A DNA stretch of 32,000 nt, from NCBI RefSeq assembly GCF_003072485.1, contig NZ_CP025989.1, positions 120,001-152,000 of the forward strand, in the 5' to 3' direction. Source of the DNA: Candidatus Fokinia solitaria. Its GTDB lineage: Bacteria > Pseudomonadota > Alphaproteobacteria > Rickettsiales > Midichloriaceae. A program made the position numbers and the translations under genes. Under the pieces are notes generated by a model, which was given only the letters and a program-made list of their open reading frames with translations, made no database searches and was not told the DNA's origin. Every line of letters starts with the position of its first letter. Position 1 is the first letter of the stretch. Shown here piece by piece: positions 18,948 through 28,258 of this stretch.

Positions 18948-19670
18948 ATGATGTCGCGTCGCGTATTAATAACCGGTGGTATAAAAGGGCTTGGTAAAGC
19001 TATTGCGAAAAAGTTTTACGAAAGCGGTTATACAGTTGCTGTCACTTATAATTCTGATAAAGCAGCAGCAACGGCAATAGAAAAAAGTATTGTCACAAAG
19101 GCTTTTTGCTGGGATGTAGGTAATTTTGAAGAATGTCAGTTTCACATTTCCGCAGTGGAAGATTATTTAGGTGGAAATGTAGAAATTTTGATTAACAATG
19201 CGGGTATTACGCAGGATAGAATGTTTCATAAAACCGAGCATAATGATTGGGAATCAGTACTGCGCACCAATTTATTTTCGGTATTCAACATGTCTCGTTG
19301 TGTAATACAGAAAATGAGAGATAATAAATTCGGTAGGATCATCAATATTAGTTCTGTAAATGCCAATGGTATGTTAGGACAGACAAATTATTCTGCTTCT
19401 AAAGCTGGAATAGAAGGCTTTACAAAAGCACTTGCTTTGGAAAATGCTGCATTAGGAATTACAGTTAATGCAATTGCACCTGGATACCTTGGTACGGATA
19501 TGGTGATGCATATGAAACAAGAAGATTTACAGAGAGTAGTTTCAAAAATACCAATAGGTAGACTTGGTACTCCTGAAGAAATCGCAGAAATTGCAGCATT
19601 TTTAGCTAAAAATAGTACTGCTTTTATCACAGGTGCAGTGATTAATGCGAACGGAGGTTTGCGGGTATAG
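18948..19670 (+). CDS. fabG: 3-oxoacyl-[acyl-carrier-protein] reductase (SDR family)
   Basis: RRVLITGGIKGLGKAIAKKFYESGYTVAVTY, NNAGITQDRM, IINISSVNANGMLGQTNYSASKAGIEGFTKALALE, VNAIAPGYLGTDM. The start is chosen at the MM at 18948/18951 rather than the upstream ATG at 18891, based on typical FabG N-termini. Confidence 0.92.
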   Translation: MMSRRVLITGGIKGLGKAIAKKFYESGYTVAVTYNSDKAAATAIEKSIVTKAFCWDVGNFEECQFHISAVEDYLGGNVEILINNAGITQDRMFHKTEHNDWESVLRTNLFSVFNMSRCVIQKMRDNKFGRIINISSVNANGMLGQTNYSASKAGIEGFTKALALENAALGITVNAIAPGYLGTDMVMHMKQEDLQRVVSKIPIGRLGTPEEIAEIAAFLAKNSTAFITGAVINANGGLRV

Positions 19671-19673
19671 TAG

Positions 19674-20294
19674 TTAAAAACGCGATAAAGATTTGAGTGC
19701 TTCCTGAAGTAGTTGTTCTTTGGTAATGTCGTAGGACAATTTTTGTGAGATGATATCAAGAGTTTTCTGCGCATCATTTTTATTGAAGCCGAGATATATC
19801 AATGCCTCTAGTGTCTCATGATATATACTCGGCAATGGAGCTTGTTTGTTGTTTTCCGAATAAGTGCTTCTATCTATCTCTGTGTATAATCTTTTAAACG
19901 CATTCGCGGTATTTAATTCGGTTACCATTCTCGTAGCTATTTTTTTCCCTATACCGCTTATTCTTTCAAAAACACTGACTTTACTATCTCCAATAGCATC
20001 AATTATCTCAGCGACGGATAGTTCGCCTAGTATTGTTATTGCTAGTTTTGCGCCTATACCATGTACTCCTTTCAATAATTGAAATATCTTCTTTTCCTGT
20101 TTCGTTGTGAAGCCGAAAAGCTGTACCGCATCTTCTCTAAATTGCTGTTCGACATAAAATGCGACTTTATCTCCAATCTGAAGAGATTTGGCGATGTGTG
20201 GCGCACAATACACTATATATCCTATGTCATGTACGTTTAATAACACGTAATCATGTTCGAATTCTTGCACTGTACCTTCTATGTATCCTATCAT
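19674..20294 (-). CDS. ruvA: Holliday junction branch migration protein RuvA
   Basis: 206 aa. MIGYIEGTVQEFEHDYVLLNVHDIGYIVYC, YVEQQFREDAVQLFGFTTKQEKKIFQLLKGVHGIGAKLAITIL, ISGIGKKIATRMVTEL, and a C-terminal RuvA-III-like domain (LEALIYLGFNKNDA). Confidence 0.95.
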   Translation of the reverse strand: MIGYIEGTVQEFEHDYVLLNVHDIGYIVYCAPHIAKSLQIGDKVAFYVEQQFREDAVQLFGFTTKQEKKIFQLLKGVHGIGAKLAITILGELSVAEIIDAIGDSKVSVFERISGIGKKIATRMVTELNTANAFKRLYTEIDRSTYSENNKQAPLPSIYHETLEALIYLGFNKNDAQKTLDIISQKLSYDITKEQLLQEALKSLSRF

Positions 20295-20370
20295 TTGCTT
20301 AATAAATTTTTCCGACGTTGCGAATTGCAGTCGTTTTAGTTATCTTACGCATATAGGAAATATAGGAAAT

Positions 20371-21219
20371 GTGGTGAAAAGTATAGAATTGAAAGTGTTA
20401 GTACTAGTGTACTGCATTATATGTCTTTCCTCTTGTACTACAACTCGTCAGTCTCTGCTTGTTGTTGATGGACAGAGTAGCGATCTTTTGCAAGAGCATG
20501 AAGAAGCAGAGTGCGATACGATAAAGGATGTACAAGAAGAAGCATCGAAAGAAGTAGGAATGCCAGTACGATCTTCTGCTGCGGTGGAAAATGTTTCCGA
20601 TACTGAATCACGGAATCAAGAAAAAAATAGTGATGATGGTGCTGAGCAGAAAGTGCCAGAAGTTACAGCAGAAGCAAAGGAGCATGATAATTCCACTGTT
20701 GAGGTGCAGCAGGTATATGAAAAGCGAAAAGAGGACGTTGAAGCTGACGAATATTCAAAAGATAGTATCTCGCATAAACATGAGAAGAGCGTTGCTTCAT
20801 CTGAGCAGCAGGAAGATGTATCATCATCTGTGCAGGGTATAAGAAGCGCTAATCCGATGAAGGATAAATCATTTATGTGGCCAGTCTCTGGATCAGTATT
20901 AAAGCATATAGAGCAGCAAAATGACGATTTCAGAGATGGTATTACAATAAAAGCAAAAAGCGGTACTTCAGTATTCTCCGCTGCTGATGGAGTTGTGATA
21001 CTTTGTAAGCATGGTAATGAAGTATACGGTAATTATGTCGTAGTAAAGCATGGAAAGTATACCGTTACGTATGGCAATTTGAAAAGTATTGAGATCAAAA
21101 AAGGACAGCAAATCAAAAAGGGAAGTATAATAGGTACAGTAGGTAGAACAGGGCAAGCTAAGCAACCACAGCTTTTCTTTTCAGTAAAGAAAAAAGGAAT
21201 AGTAATTAATCCAGAATAA
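20371..21219 (+). CDS. Putative lipoprotein with a degenerate M23/LytM (NlpD-like) domain
   Basis: A likely GTG start at 20371/20374 follows aggaaa. Lipobox-like VYCIICLSSC. C-terminal MWPVSGSVLKHI..DGITIKAKSGTSVFSAADGVVILCKHGNEVYGNYVVVKHGKYTVTYGNLKSIEIKKGQQIKKGSIIGTVGRTGQAKQPQLFFSVKKKGIVINP follows the M23 fold pattern. Confidence 0.8.
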   Translation: MVKSIELKVLVLVYCIICLSSCTTTRQSLLVVDGQSSDLLQEHEEAECDTIKDVQEEASKEVGMPVRSSAAVENVSDTESRNQEKNSDDGAEQKVPEVTAEAKEHDNSTVEVQQVYEKRKEDVEADEYSKDSISHKHEKSVASSEQQEDVSSSVQGIRSANPMKDKSFMWPVSGSVLKHIEQQNDDFRDGITIKAKSGTSVFSAADGVVILCKHGNEVYGNYVVVKHGKYTVTYGNLKSIEIKKGQQIKKGSIIGTVGRTGQAKQPQLFFSVKKKGIVINPE

Positions 21220-21296
21220 AGTGATTTCTGCAGTAATGTGATGTATTGTATCTCGTTTCTTATGTACAGTTGACAGAGTGGTGATGCTTTAGTAAT

Positions 21297-22592
21297 GTGT
21301 CGCGGTATACAAAAGTGATAAGAAAAATTGTGTTTATCATTGAGAATATTAGAGCGATTGAGGTGTTGGATAGTAGGGGCAATCCTACAATCGAAGCTAT
21401 TGTTACGTTAGCTGATGGAGCTGTAGGGAAGTTTATTGCACCTAGTGGTGCTTCCGTAGGAATGTATGAAGCAGTCGCAAAGAGAGATGACGATGGCTTT
21501 AGTGTGAAGAATATAATTGATGATGGTTTATCAAGAGTACAAGTCTTGTGTGGAATGAGTTTTCCTTCACAGTTGGAGTTTGATACAGCATTAGCTGGTA
21601 TTGATGGCACTGTTGATAAAAGTGTACTAGGAGGGAATTTTTGTATTGCTGTTTCAGTTGCATTCTGTGTGGCATGCGCTTCTAAGAAGAATGTATCGAT
21701 ATCTCATTATATAAGCACTTTAATGGAGATGCGTGGATATACCGTTGAAGATAGAAAGCATAAGTGTACTCCTATGCTGAATGTAATAAATGGTGGAATG
21801 CATGCAGTTGGAGGATTGGATTTTCAAGAGATTATGATTACTCCAATGATATTTGATACTATATCGGAAAAAATAATTGCAGGAGCGAAGATATTTTGCG
21901 AGCTTAAAAGAATTTTCAAAGAGAAAGATTATAGTATAAATGTTGGCGATGAGGGAGGGGTAAGTTTTGGTGGCGGTAATATAATGGCAGCTTTTGATAT
22001 TCTGAATGAAGCAATTGTAAGAGCAGGCTATAACCTTGATAATGTAAAGATTTCGCTTGATGTAGCAGCTTCTAATTTCTGCGAAATGAAAGATGAAAGT
22101 TTCCTGTACAACTTGTCAGAATTTAAACATCCTCTCTCTTCTGAGCAATTATGCGAGTTTTATTGCGATCTTGTGAAGCAGTGTGGCAATGTATTAAGTA
22201 TTGAAGATCCGTTTCATGAAGAAGATGAAAAGGGATGGATGATGATTATGAAGAAGTTAGGAAAAGAAGTGATGATTGTTGGAGATGATTTATTTGTAAC
22301 GAATCAAGAAATAATTCGCAGTAAAAAAGCATCTGCAAACGCAATCATTATAAAGCCTAATCAAATCGGATTATTATCGGAAGCGATGGAAGCTGTAATG
22401 TTAGCAAAATCTAATGATATGATGTTAGTGTTTTCTCATAGATCAGGAGATACGGAAGAACATACCATTGCAGATATTGCTTATGGTTGTGGTAGCGATT
22501 TTGTGAAATTCGGCGCGCCATGCAGAGGAGAACGTACAAGTAAATATAATCAATTGCTGAGAATATATCATGAATTCGAAGGCGGAGAGTAA
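21297..22592 (+). CDS. eno: Enolase (phosphopyruvate hydratase)
   Basis: 431 aa. VLDSRGNPTIEAIV, APSGAS, GDEGG, SLDVAASNF, SIEDPFHEED, VGDDLFVTN, SHRSGDTEEHTIADIA, ERTSKYNQLLRI. The exact start is uncertain (GTG at 21297 or a later codon). Confidence 0.95.
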   Translation: MSRYTKVIRKIVFIIENIRAIEVLDSRGNPTIEAIVTLADGAVGKFIAPSGASVGMYEAVAKRDDDGFSVKNIIDDGLSRVQVLCGMSFPSQLEFDTALAGIDGTVDKSVLGGNFCIAVSVAFCVACASKKNVSISHYISTLMEMRGYTVEDRKHKCTPMLNVINGGMHAVGGLDFQEIMITPMIFDTISEKIIAGAKIFCELKRIFKEKDYSINVGDEGGVSFGGGNIMAAFDILNEAIVRAGYNLDNVKISLDVAASNFCEMKDESFLYNLSEFKHPLSSEQLCEFYCDLVKQCGNVLSIEDPFHEEDEKGWMMIMKKLGKEVMIVGDDLFVTNQEIIRSKKASANAIIIKPNQIGLLSEAMEAVMLAKSNDMMLVFSHRSGDTEEHTIADIAYGCGSDFVKFGAPCRGERTSKYNQLLRIYHEFEGGE

Positions 22593-22622
22593 AGCCGCTA
22601 AAAGTGTTCTTCGAGGCAAACG

Positions 22623-23225
22623 CTATACAGTTTTTTGTATAAACCTGTTAACGTGTTGCGTTCTGTTTTCGAAAAACGTGTTGTTTTTGTGATTTAACTC
22701 TATTACTTTCTTCGCTATGAAGTAAGTAATTTGATGCAATTCAGTTGTATTATTTATTAAAGTATGATTGAGTTTTGGCGCAATCGCTTCCACATCACTA
22801 ATCATTTTTTCCACGAATGCATATTTGTCTTTTGCGTGTGCAAAGGACGGTCTGATATCACGCCTCATCAAACGTTCATACAAGATGTCTTTATCCGCAA
22901 GTATAGCGATAGATATCGATTTCTCCTTTATTACGTTGTATAAAGTCGGAGTAAATGTAATATTGCCACTTGCTGATATTACCGATATTCCATAGCTTAG
23001 TATTTCCTTTAAAGTCTGTGCTTCTAATTGAGCAAGATACTCTTCGCCCATAAAATCATATATTTCGGTGATAGAAAGCATTTTTCGACTTTCTATAACG
23101 GAATCTACGTCATAGAATGGCAATTTTAATTTTTTTGCCAATCTTCTGCCTATAGCACTTTTACCGGAACCCATTGGCCCTACTAATACGACAGATTTGG
23201 TGATATTTTTGACATTCTGTAACAT
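22623..23225 (-). CDS. aroK: Shikimate kinase-like protein with eroded substrate-binding motifs
   Basis: 200 aa. P-loop VVLVGPMGSGKSAIGRRLAKKL, FYDVDSVIE, SITEIYDFMGEEYLAQLE, RRDIRPSFA. The overall order matches shikimate kinase. Confidence 0.78.
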   Translation of the reverse strand: MLQNVKNITKSVVLVGPMGSGKSAIGRRLAKKLKLPFYDVDSVIESRKMLSITEIYDFMGEEYLAQLEAQTLKEILSYGISVISASGNITFTPTLYNVIKEKSISIAILADKDILYERLMRRDIRPSFAHAKDKYAFVEKMISDVEAIAPKLNHTLINNTTELHQITYFIAKKVIELNHKNNTFFENRTQHVNRFIQKTV

Positions 23226-24259
23226 ATTTTTTTCAAAAATTTAAAAATTCGTTCATTAGAAAAGATTTATTTTTGTATGATGACTAGATTTCTTTGATCT
23301 CATAGCTTGAAAAAAGGCCTCTATTGTGCAGCAAACAAAGGAGAAAAAATATCTTATATAAAAATGCTAACACAGGCGAAAATTTTGTAGCAATACTTTT
23401 TTCAAATGTTAACTGATAAGTTATGTAAAATGTGAACACATATACACTCTTGTCATAGAAATTATGTGGATTTTCATTGTATTAATAATTTCTCTAAGAG
23501 AAGATGGATATTTATGTTATGATCATCAGATATGCTTAAAATGCGATGATTATCGAGAAAATATTGTGTACTGACGAGATATTGCAGAAGTAAGTATGCC
23601 AAAGAGTTACCTTCATATGAAATTTATATGAATATTAGTGAAGGAAATGATGTACGTAATTGCATAATAGTAGCCGTACAATGGATTGTACTGTTATTGA
23701 TATCTTATTATAGAATCGATTATGACTATATGAACGTAATAAAAAAATGATGTATTTCTCTCATAAGATGTAAGCTAGATTTTTAGCGTATTTCTGTAGT
23801 CTATTACTATGTTATGAAATTCACTTACACTTTAGAAAATATTTACATTTCTTCAAAAGAGCTAAGTTCTGCATAAATGATAAAACGCCTTCTTATGCTG
23901 AATTGCGTAGCAAAAGAAGTAATACAATCTATATGAGGAAATGAGAAAATAATAAGAAAGATTTAACCGATTTAGTAAATTGAGAAAAGAACAAGGCGCG
24001 AAAGGCGCATAACGCACAAGAGGCTTAATATATCGTCATAACTTCAATAAAAGAAAGTACTTCTACATATATCAGAGGTATAAAACTCAAGCAGCTTTTT
24101 TCGATGAGGTGGCAAAATTCAATTAACGCAGTAAACACTGGTATCAGATAGAAGAGATATATACAGCCTCCACGGAAACTTTGCCTACTACTATCAAAGG
24201 CGTCTACAAACTATCTAGTAGAACGACAAAGATTTTACGCTACTTTTTAGTATTTTCTG

Positions 24260-24547
24260 CTACTTTCTGTTAGAACCGTGTCCTTTAAAAGTTCTAGTAG
24301 GAGAAAATTCACCAAGTTTCTTTCCAACCATTTCTTCTTTTATCATAACGGCTACATGTTTTCTTCCATTATGCACTGCCAGCACCAATCCAACAAACTC
24401 CGGTACTATAGTGCAACTTCTCGACCACGTTTTAATAGGCTTTTGATCATTTTCCTGCATTGCTTTTTTCACTTTTCTCAAAAGTCTCGGATCGACGTAA
24501 GGCAATCTTCTTACCTCTCTTTCTTTCTTTTGTTGAGCCTGCGACAT
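24260..24547 (-). CDS. rpsS: 30S ribosomal protein S19
   Basis: 95 aa. [69 protein letters not shown]. Confidence 0.97.
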   Translation of the reverse strand: MSQAQQKKEREVRRLPYVDPRLLRKVKKAMQENDQKPIKTWSRSCTIVPEFVGLVLAVHNGRKHVAVMIKEEMVGKKLGEFSPTRTFKGHGSNRK

Positions 24548-24572
24548 ATTTGATTATCAAAGATTAGAAAAA

Positions 24573-25406
24573 TTATTTATTTTTTACGTGAACAATGAAC
24601 TTATCTGTTCTCTTATTCTTTCTTGTTTTTAGTCCTTTAGTACCTTTACCCCAAGGAGTAACAGGATGTCTACCTCCAGAAGTCTTTCCTTCTCCACCGC
24701 CATGAGGGTGATCGACTGGATTCATCGCCACACCTCTTACAGTTGGCCTTACTCCCATCCACCTTTTTCTACCTGCTTTTGCGAATTTTATGTTTCTATT
24801 ATCCTGATTTGATACAACTCCTACTGTAGCAAAACATGTTCTCAATACTTTTCTTGTGATAGTTGCTTTACCTGATTTCAATCTTACCAGAACATAGTCA
24901 CCATCGCTACCAGTGACCATTGCAGAGCATCCTGCAGATCTTACCAATTGTCCGCCTTTATTAGGCTTTAATTCGATATTATGTACTACCGTACCAGATG
25001 GCATCTTTCCCAAGGGAAGCGTATTACCTACCTTTATCTCTGCGCTATCGGAAGAGATGACGGTATCGCCTACCTTGAGGTTATGTGGTGCGATAATATA
25101 AGAATACTCGCCATCGGAGTATTTGATTAAAGCTATAAAAGAAGTTCTGTTAGGATCGTATTCTAACCTCTCAACAGTTGCTTGTACGTCTAATTTCCTT
25201 CTTTTAAAATCTATGATTCGGTACTTTACTTTATGTCCTCCACCTTTATGACGCACTGTGATGCGCCCCATGTTATTGCGCCCGCCACTCTTATTCAATG
25301 AGGTAACTAAGCCCTTAAATGGCTTTCCTGCCCACAAATCATCGCGTGCAACCGACACCAAGCCTCTAGTAGAGGAACACATAGGTCTGTAAAATTTTAG
25401 CGACAT
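24573..25406 (-). CDS. rplB: 50S ribosomal protein L2
   Basis: 277 aa. [42 protein letters not shown]-type segment ([25 protein letters not shown]), [29 protein letters not shown]. Confidence 0.98.
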   Translation of the reverse strand: MSLKFYRPMCSSTRGLVSVARDDLWAGKPFKGLVTSLNKSGGRNNMGRITVRHKGGGHKVKYRIIDFKRRKLDVQATVERLEYDPNRTSFIALIKYSDGEYSYIIAPHNLKVGDTVISSDSAEIKVGNTLPLGKMPSGTVVHNIELKPNKGGQLVRSAGCSAMVTGSDGDYVLVRLKSGKATITRKVLRTCFATVGVVSNQDNRNIKFAKAGRKRWMGVRPTVRGVAMNPVDHPHGGGEGKTSGGRHPVTPWGKGTKGLKTRKNKRTDKFIVHVKNK

Positions 25407-25712
25407 TACTCGAAATGCTTCTATTACTGAACTCGCACATGCTATAACAAAGAATGCAATAAATCAATAACTTAGGGATAGCGAGAACGATTTGTTAATG
25501 AATCTGCACTCTGAAATCTATGAGACCTTTATTAGCGAGATGTTATATTGTTGTATTGAAAATTTTCGTAAAAATGTTGCTGTTAATTGTTATAGATACA
25601 TGAGAAATAGTGCAATGTGTTGTAGTAGTTTTTATATAAAGCTTCAGAACATAATTCGTATTGTTTTATATATTGAAAAAGTACTCTGATAACCGATTTA
25701 TAAAAAATGTAA

Positions 25713-27080
25713 ATGCAGCGTTCTAGAATTAATCTCGTAGTGATTAAAAACGATATTAGATTGCACGATAATCCAGCTTTATTTTATGCAGCGAATCAAG
25801 ATTTGCCGATTATAGTAGTATGTATAGATGAAAAATTGACAGGTCACGCTAGTAGATGGTGGAGATTGAATGCTGTACGAAACTTTATGGACGTATTAGC
25901 GGATTATAAGATACAAGTAATATTCGTTGAAAATATATTAGCGGATTTTCATATGATAGTAGCATTTTTTGAAATAGCTGGAATTTATCACAATGACGAT
26001 TTGCCTAAATTCTTACTTACAATGTTGATTGAGTGTCATATTACGCTTCATAAATTTTATCCTAATCGATTATTTAGCGACGCTTTTAGTGATGTGCAAA
26101 TTAAAGTCTTTAGTGCGTTTATTAAAAAAGCATTGGATAGACTTGAAGAAATAGCAGTAATGTTACCGTTACCGCGATTTCGTAGTATTCACGATTCTTA
26201 TCGTTTGCGTAACGTAATGTGCGCAATCCCTCAAATAAAAGGGATAAAATGGTGGAGTGAAATGGAAAATTATTGGCAAATAGGTGAAAAATTTGCTTTG
26301 CAGAAATGGCAATTATTTCAAGAGAATGCGCGAGAAAGAAGCATATTACTGTATGCAGAACGTAGAGATATCATGTCTGTTAACGGTACTTCATTACTTT
26401 CTCCTCATATCCACTTTGGAGAAATAAGTGTAAGGCGAATGCTATGTGATATAAAATCAATGCTTGTAGATCAATCTGTTCACAAATTTCTCTCAGAATT
26501 ATTTTGGCGAGAGTTTTCTTATCATACTTTGGAACATATGCCAGACTACTACTATCGCTCAAAATTAGCGCACTTTGATAAAATAGAATGGATAGAGAAT
26601 GATTTGATAATAAAGAAATGGCAGTGCGGTAAAACGGGATATCCTATTGTAGATGCTGGTATGAGGCAATTATGGAAGATCGGATGGTTACCTAACAGAG
26701 TAAGGATGATTGTAGCATCATTTCTAATCAAGAATTTGCATGTGAAGTGGCAGTATGGCGCAGCGTGGTTTTTGGATACTTTGGTAGATGCTGATGTTGC
26801 AAGTAATGCATTTGGATGGCAATGGATATCAGGAAGTGGAGTTAGCGCATCTCCTTATTTTAGAGTGATGAATCCGTTTTTACAAAGTAGGAAATTTGAT
26901 AAAGATGGAGAATACATAAAACGATGGATACATGAGCTAAGAGATGTTCCGGCTAAGCATTTGCATGATGTACTGCATGAGCAGCAGTATATTTCGCCGA
27001 TAGTTGATTTATCTACAACAAAAGCCGCTTTCTTGAAAAAATGTATGATGGCAAGTCGCAATGCAGATCTTGAGAATTAA
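25713..27080 (+). CDS. phr: Deoxyribodipyrimidine photolyase / cryptochrome-family flavoprotein
   Basis: 455 aa. FLSELFWREFSYHTL, GKTGYPIVDAGMRQLWKIGWLPNRVRMIVASFLIKNL, AFGWQWISGSGVSASPYFRVMNPFLQSRKFDKDGEYIKRWIHEL. Confidence 0.94.
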   Translation: MQRSRINLVVIKNDIRLHDNPALFYAANQDLPIIVVCIDEKLTGHASRWWRLNAVRNFMDVLADYKIQVIFVENILADFHMIVAFFEIAGIYHNDDLPKFLLTMLIECHITLHKFYPNRLFSDAFSDVQIKVFSAFIKKALDRLEEIAVMLPLPRFRSIHDSYRLRNVMCAIPQIKGIKWWSEMENYWQIGEKFALQKWQLFQENARERSILLYAERRDIMSVNGTSLLSPHIHFGEISVRRMLCDIKSMLVDQSVHKFLSELFWREFSYHTLEHMPDYYYRSKLAHFDKIEWIENDLIIKKWQCGKTGYPIVDAGMRQLWKIGWLPNRVRMIVASFLIKNLHVKWQYGAAWFLDTLVDADVASNAFGWQWISGSGVSASPYFRVMNPFLQSRKFDKDGEYIKRWIHELRDVPAKHLHDVLHEQQYISPIVDLSTTKAAFLKKCMMASRNADLEN

Positions 27081-28102
27081 TGTACACCTGCATAAAACAG
27101 CAACAATCCTATAATGCATGATATTACTGAAAGGATACCGAATCTGATATTGATCTCATTTTCTGTCCATCCTTTTTTTTCATAATGATGATGTATTGGC
27201 GTCATGAGAAAGAGTCTGTTTTTAGTAATTTTATAGTGAGATACCTGCAAGATAACAGATAATGTCTCTAATACCGGTACTATTGCGAATAGCGGCAGCA
27301 ACAATTCGCATCTCGTAATCAATGCAATGCAACCTATAAATCCACCTAAAGCCATACTACCTACATCACCCATGAAGATTTTTGCAGGATGTTTGTTGTA
27401 TACTAAGAAACCGAATAAACTGCCGAGTAATGAGAAGCAAAGAGATAATAATACTGCGTTACTTACTGTTTTAAGCAATGGTAATTCACTATTCGAGAAA
27501 TGAGAAGATAAGTATAAAATAGCAATTTCTGCCGCTATTACTATAATGCTTGTAGTAGTGGCCAGCCCGTCTACTCCATCGGTCAGATTAAAAGCATTGG
27601 ATGATGCAACTAACACTATAGCGCCCCATATGCAATATGTAAGTAAGCTGACTTGAATATTTACATTTAGTATTGGTATCCATATCTCACATTGCGATTG
27701 ATGATATTGCGAGATATAAAAAGTCACAATCAAGCCTATTATAAGTTGCGCGCATAATTTCATTGTTGCAGAAAGACCGTTTGAATGATGAAATTTCACT
27801 TTTAAAAAATCATCATAAAAGCCAAGTATGCCATAGCTTAGCATGCATAATAGTGGAGACCACAAAAAAAGATGCCTTACATCATCGTGTTTCAGCATCA
27901 TTACAATATGTGTTCCAAGTAATATGCACGCAAATGCTGTTCCTCCAAATGTAGGTGTATTTTTCTTTTGAATAATATGATTTGTAGGACCATCCTTTCT
28001 TATTGGCTGTCCTTTAGGTACAAGTTTTTTTAACAGCGAAATTGCTACCTTAAGATAAAGGATGCATGCGAAGAAAGCGCTAAAGAATGTGATAATTGGC
28101 AT
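27077..28102 (-). CDS. mraY: Phospho-N-acetylmuramoyl-pentapeptide transferase
   Basis: 341 aa. GQPIRKDGPTNHIIQKKNTPTFGGTAF, YGILGFYDDFLKV, NLTDGVDGLATTTSI, HPAKIFMGDVGSMALGGFIG, PIHHHYEKKGWTENEINIRFGILSVI. Confidence 0.96.
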   Translation of the reverse strand: MPIITFFSAFFACILYLKVAISLLKKLVPKGQPIRKDGPTNHIIQKKNTPTFGGTAFACILLGTHIVMMLKHDDVRHLFLWSPLLCMLSYGILGFYDDFLKVKFHHSNGLSATMKLCAQLIIGLIVTFYISQYHQSQCEIWIPILNVNIQVSLLTYCIWGAIVLVASSNAFNLTDGVDGLATTTSIIVIAAEIAILYLSSHFSNSELPLLKTVSNAVLLSLCFSLLGSLFGFLVYNKHPAKIFMGDVGSMALGGFIGCIALITRCELLLPLFAIVPVLETLSVILQVSHYKITKNRLFLMTPIHHHYEKKGWTENEINIRFGILSVISCIIGLLLFYAGVH

Positions 28103-28258
28103 ATATAGGATGTCTATATCGTATTTTCCTCACTAGTTAAATATGAAAAATGGTACGAAGTCCATGATAATTATAACAAAAAATGAATACTATTTGATGT
28201 TCTTTAGATAACACGTATAATCTATCAAGACGATTTAGAGATAATATGTGTATGGACG

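Noticed and set aside
23980-24240. Possible rnpB/ssrA-like RNA
   Set aside because: I could not find the conserved RNase P core, a tmRNA tRNA-like end with TTCGA plus CCA, or the SRP tetraloop motif, so no RNA call is made. It is recorded only as an unexplained gap.
25492-25689. 65-aa plus-strand ORF upstream of phr
   Set aside because: No recognised motif and near the length expected by chance in AT-rich DNA. It is not supported as a gene.
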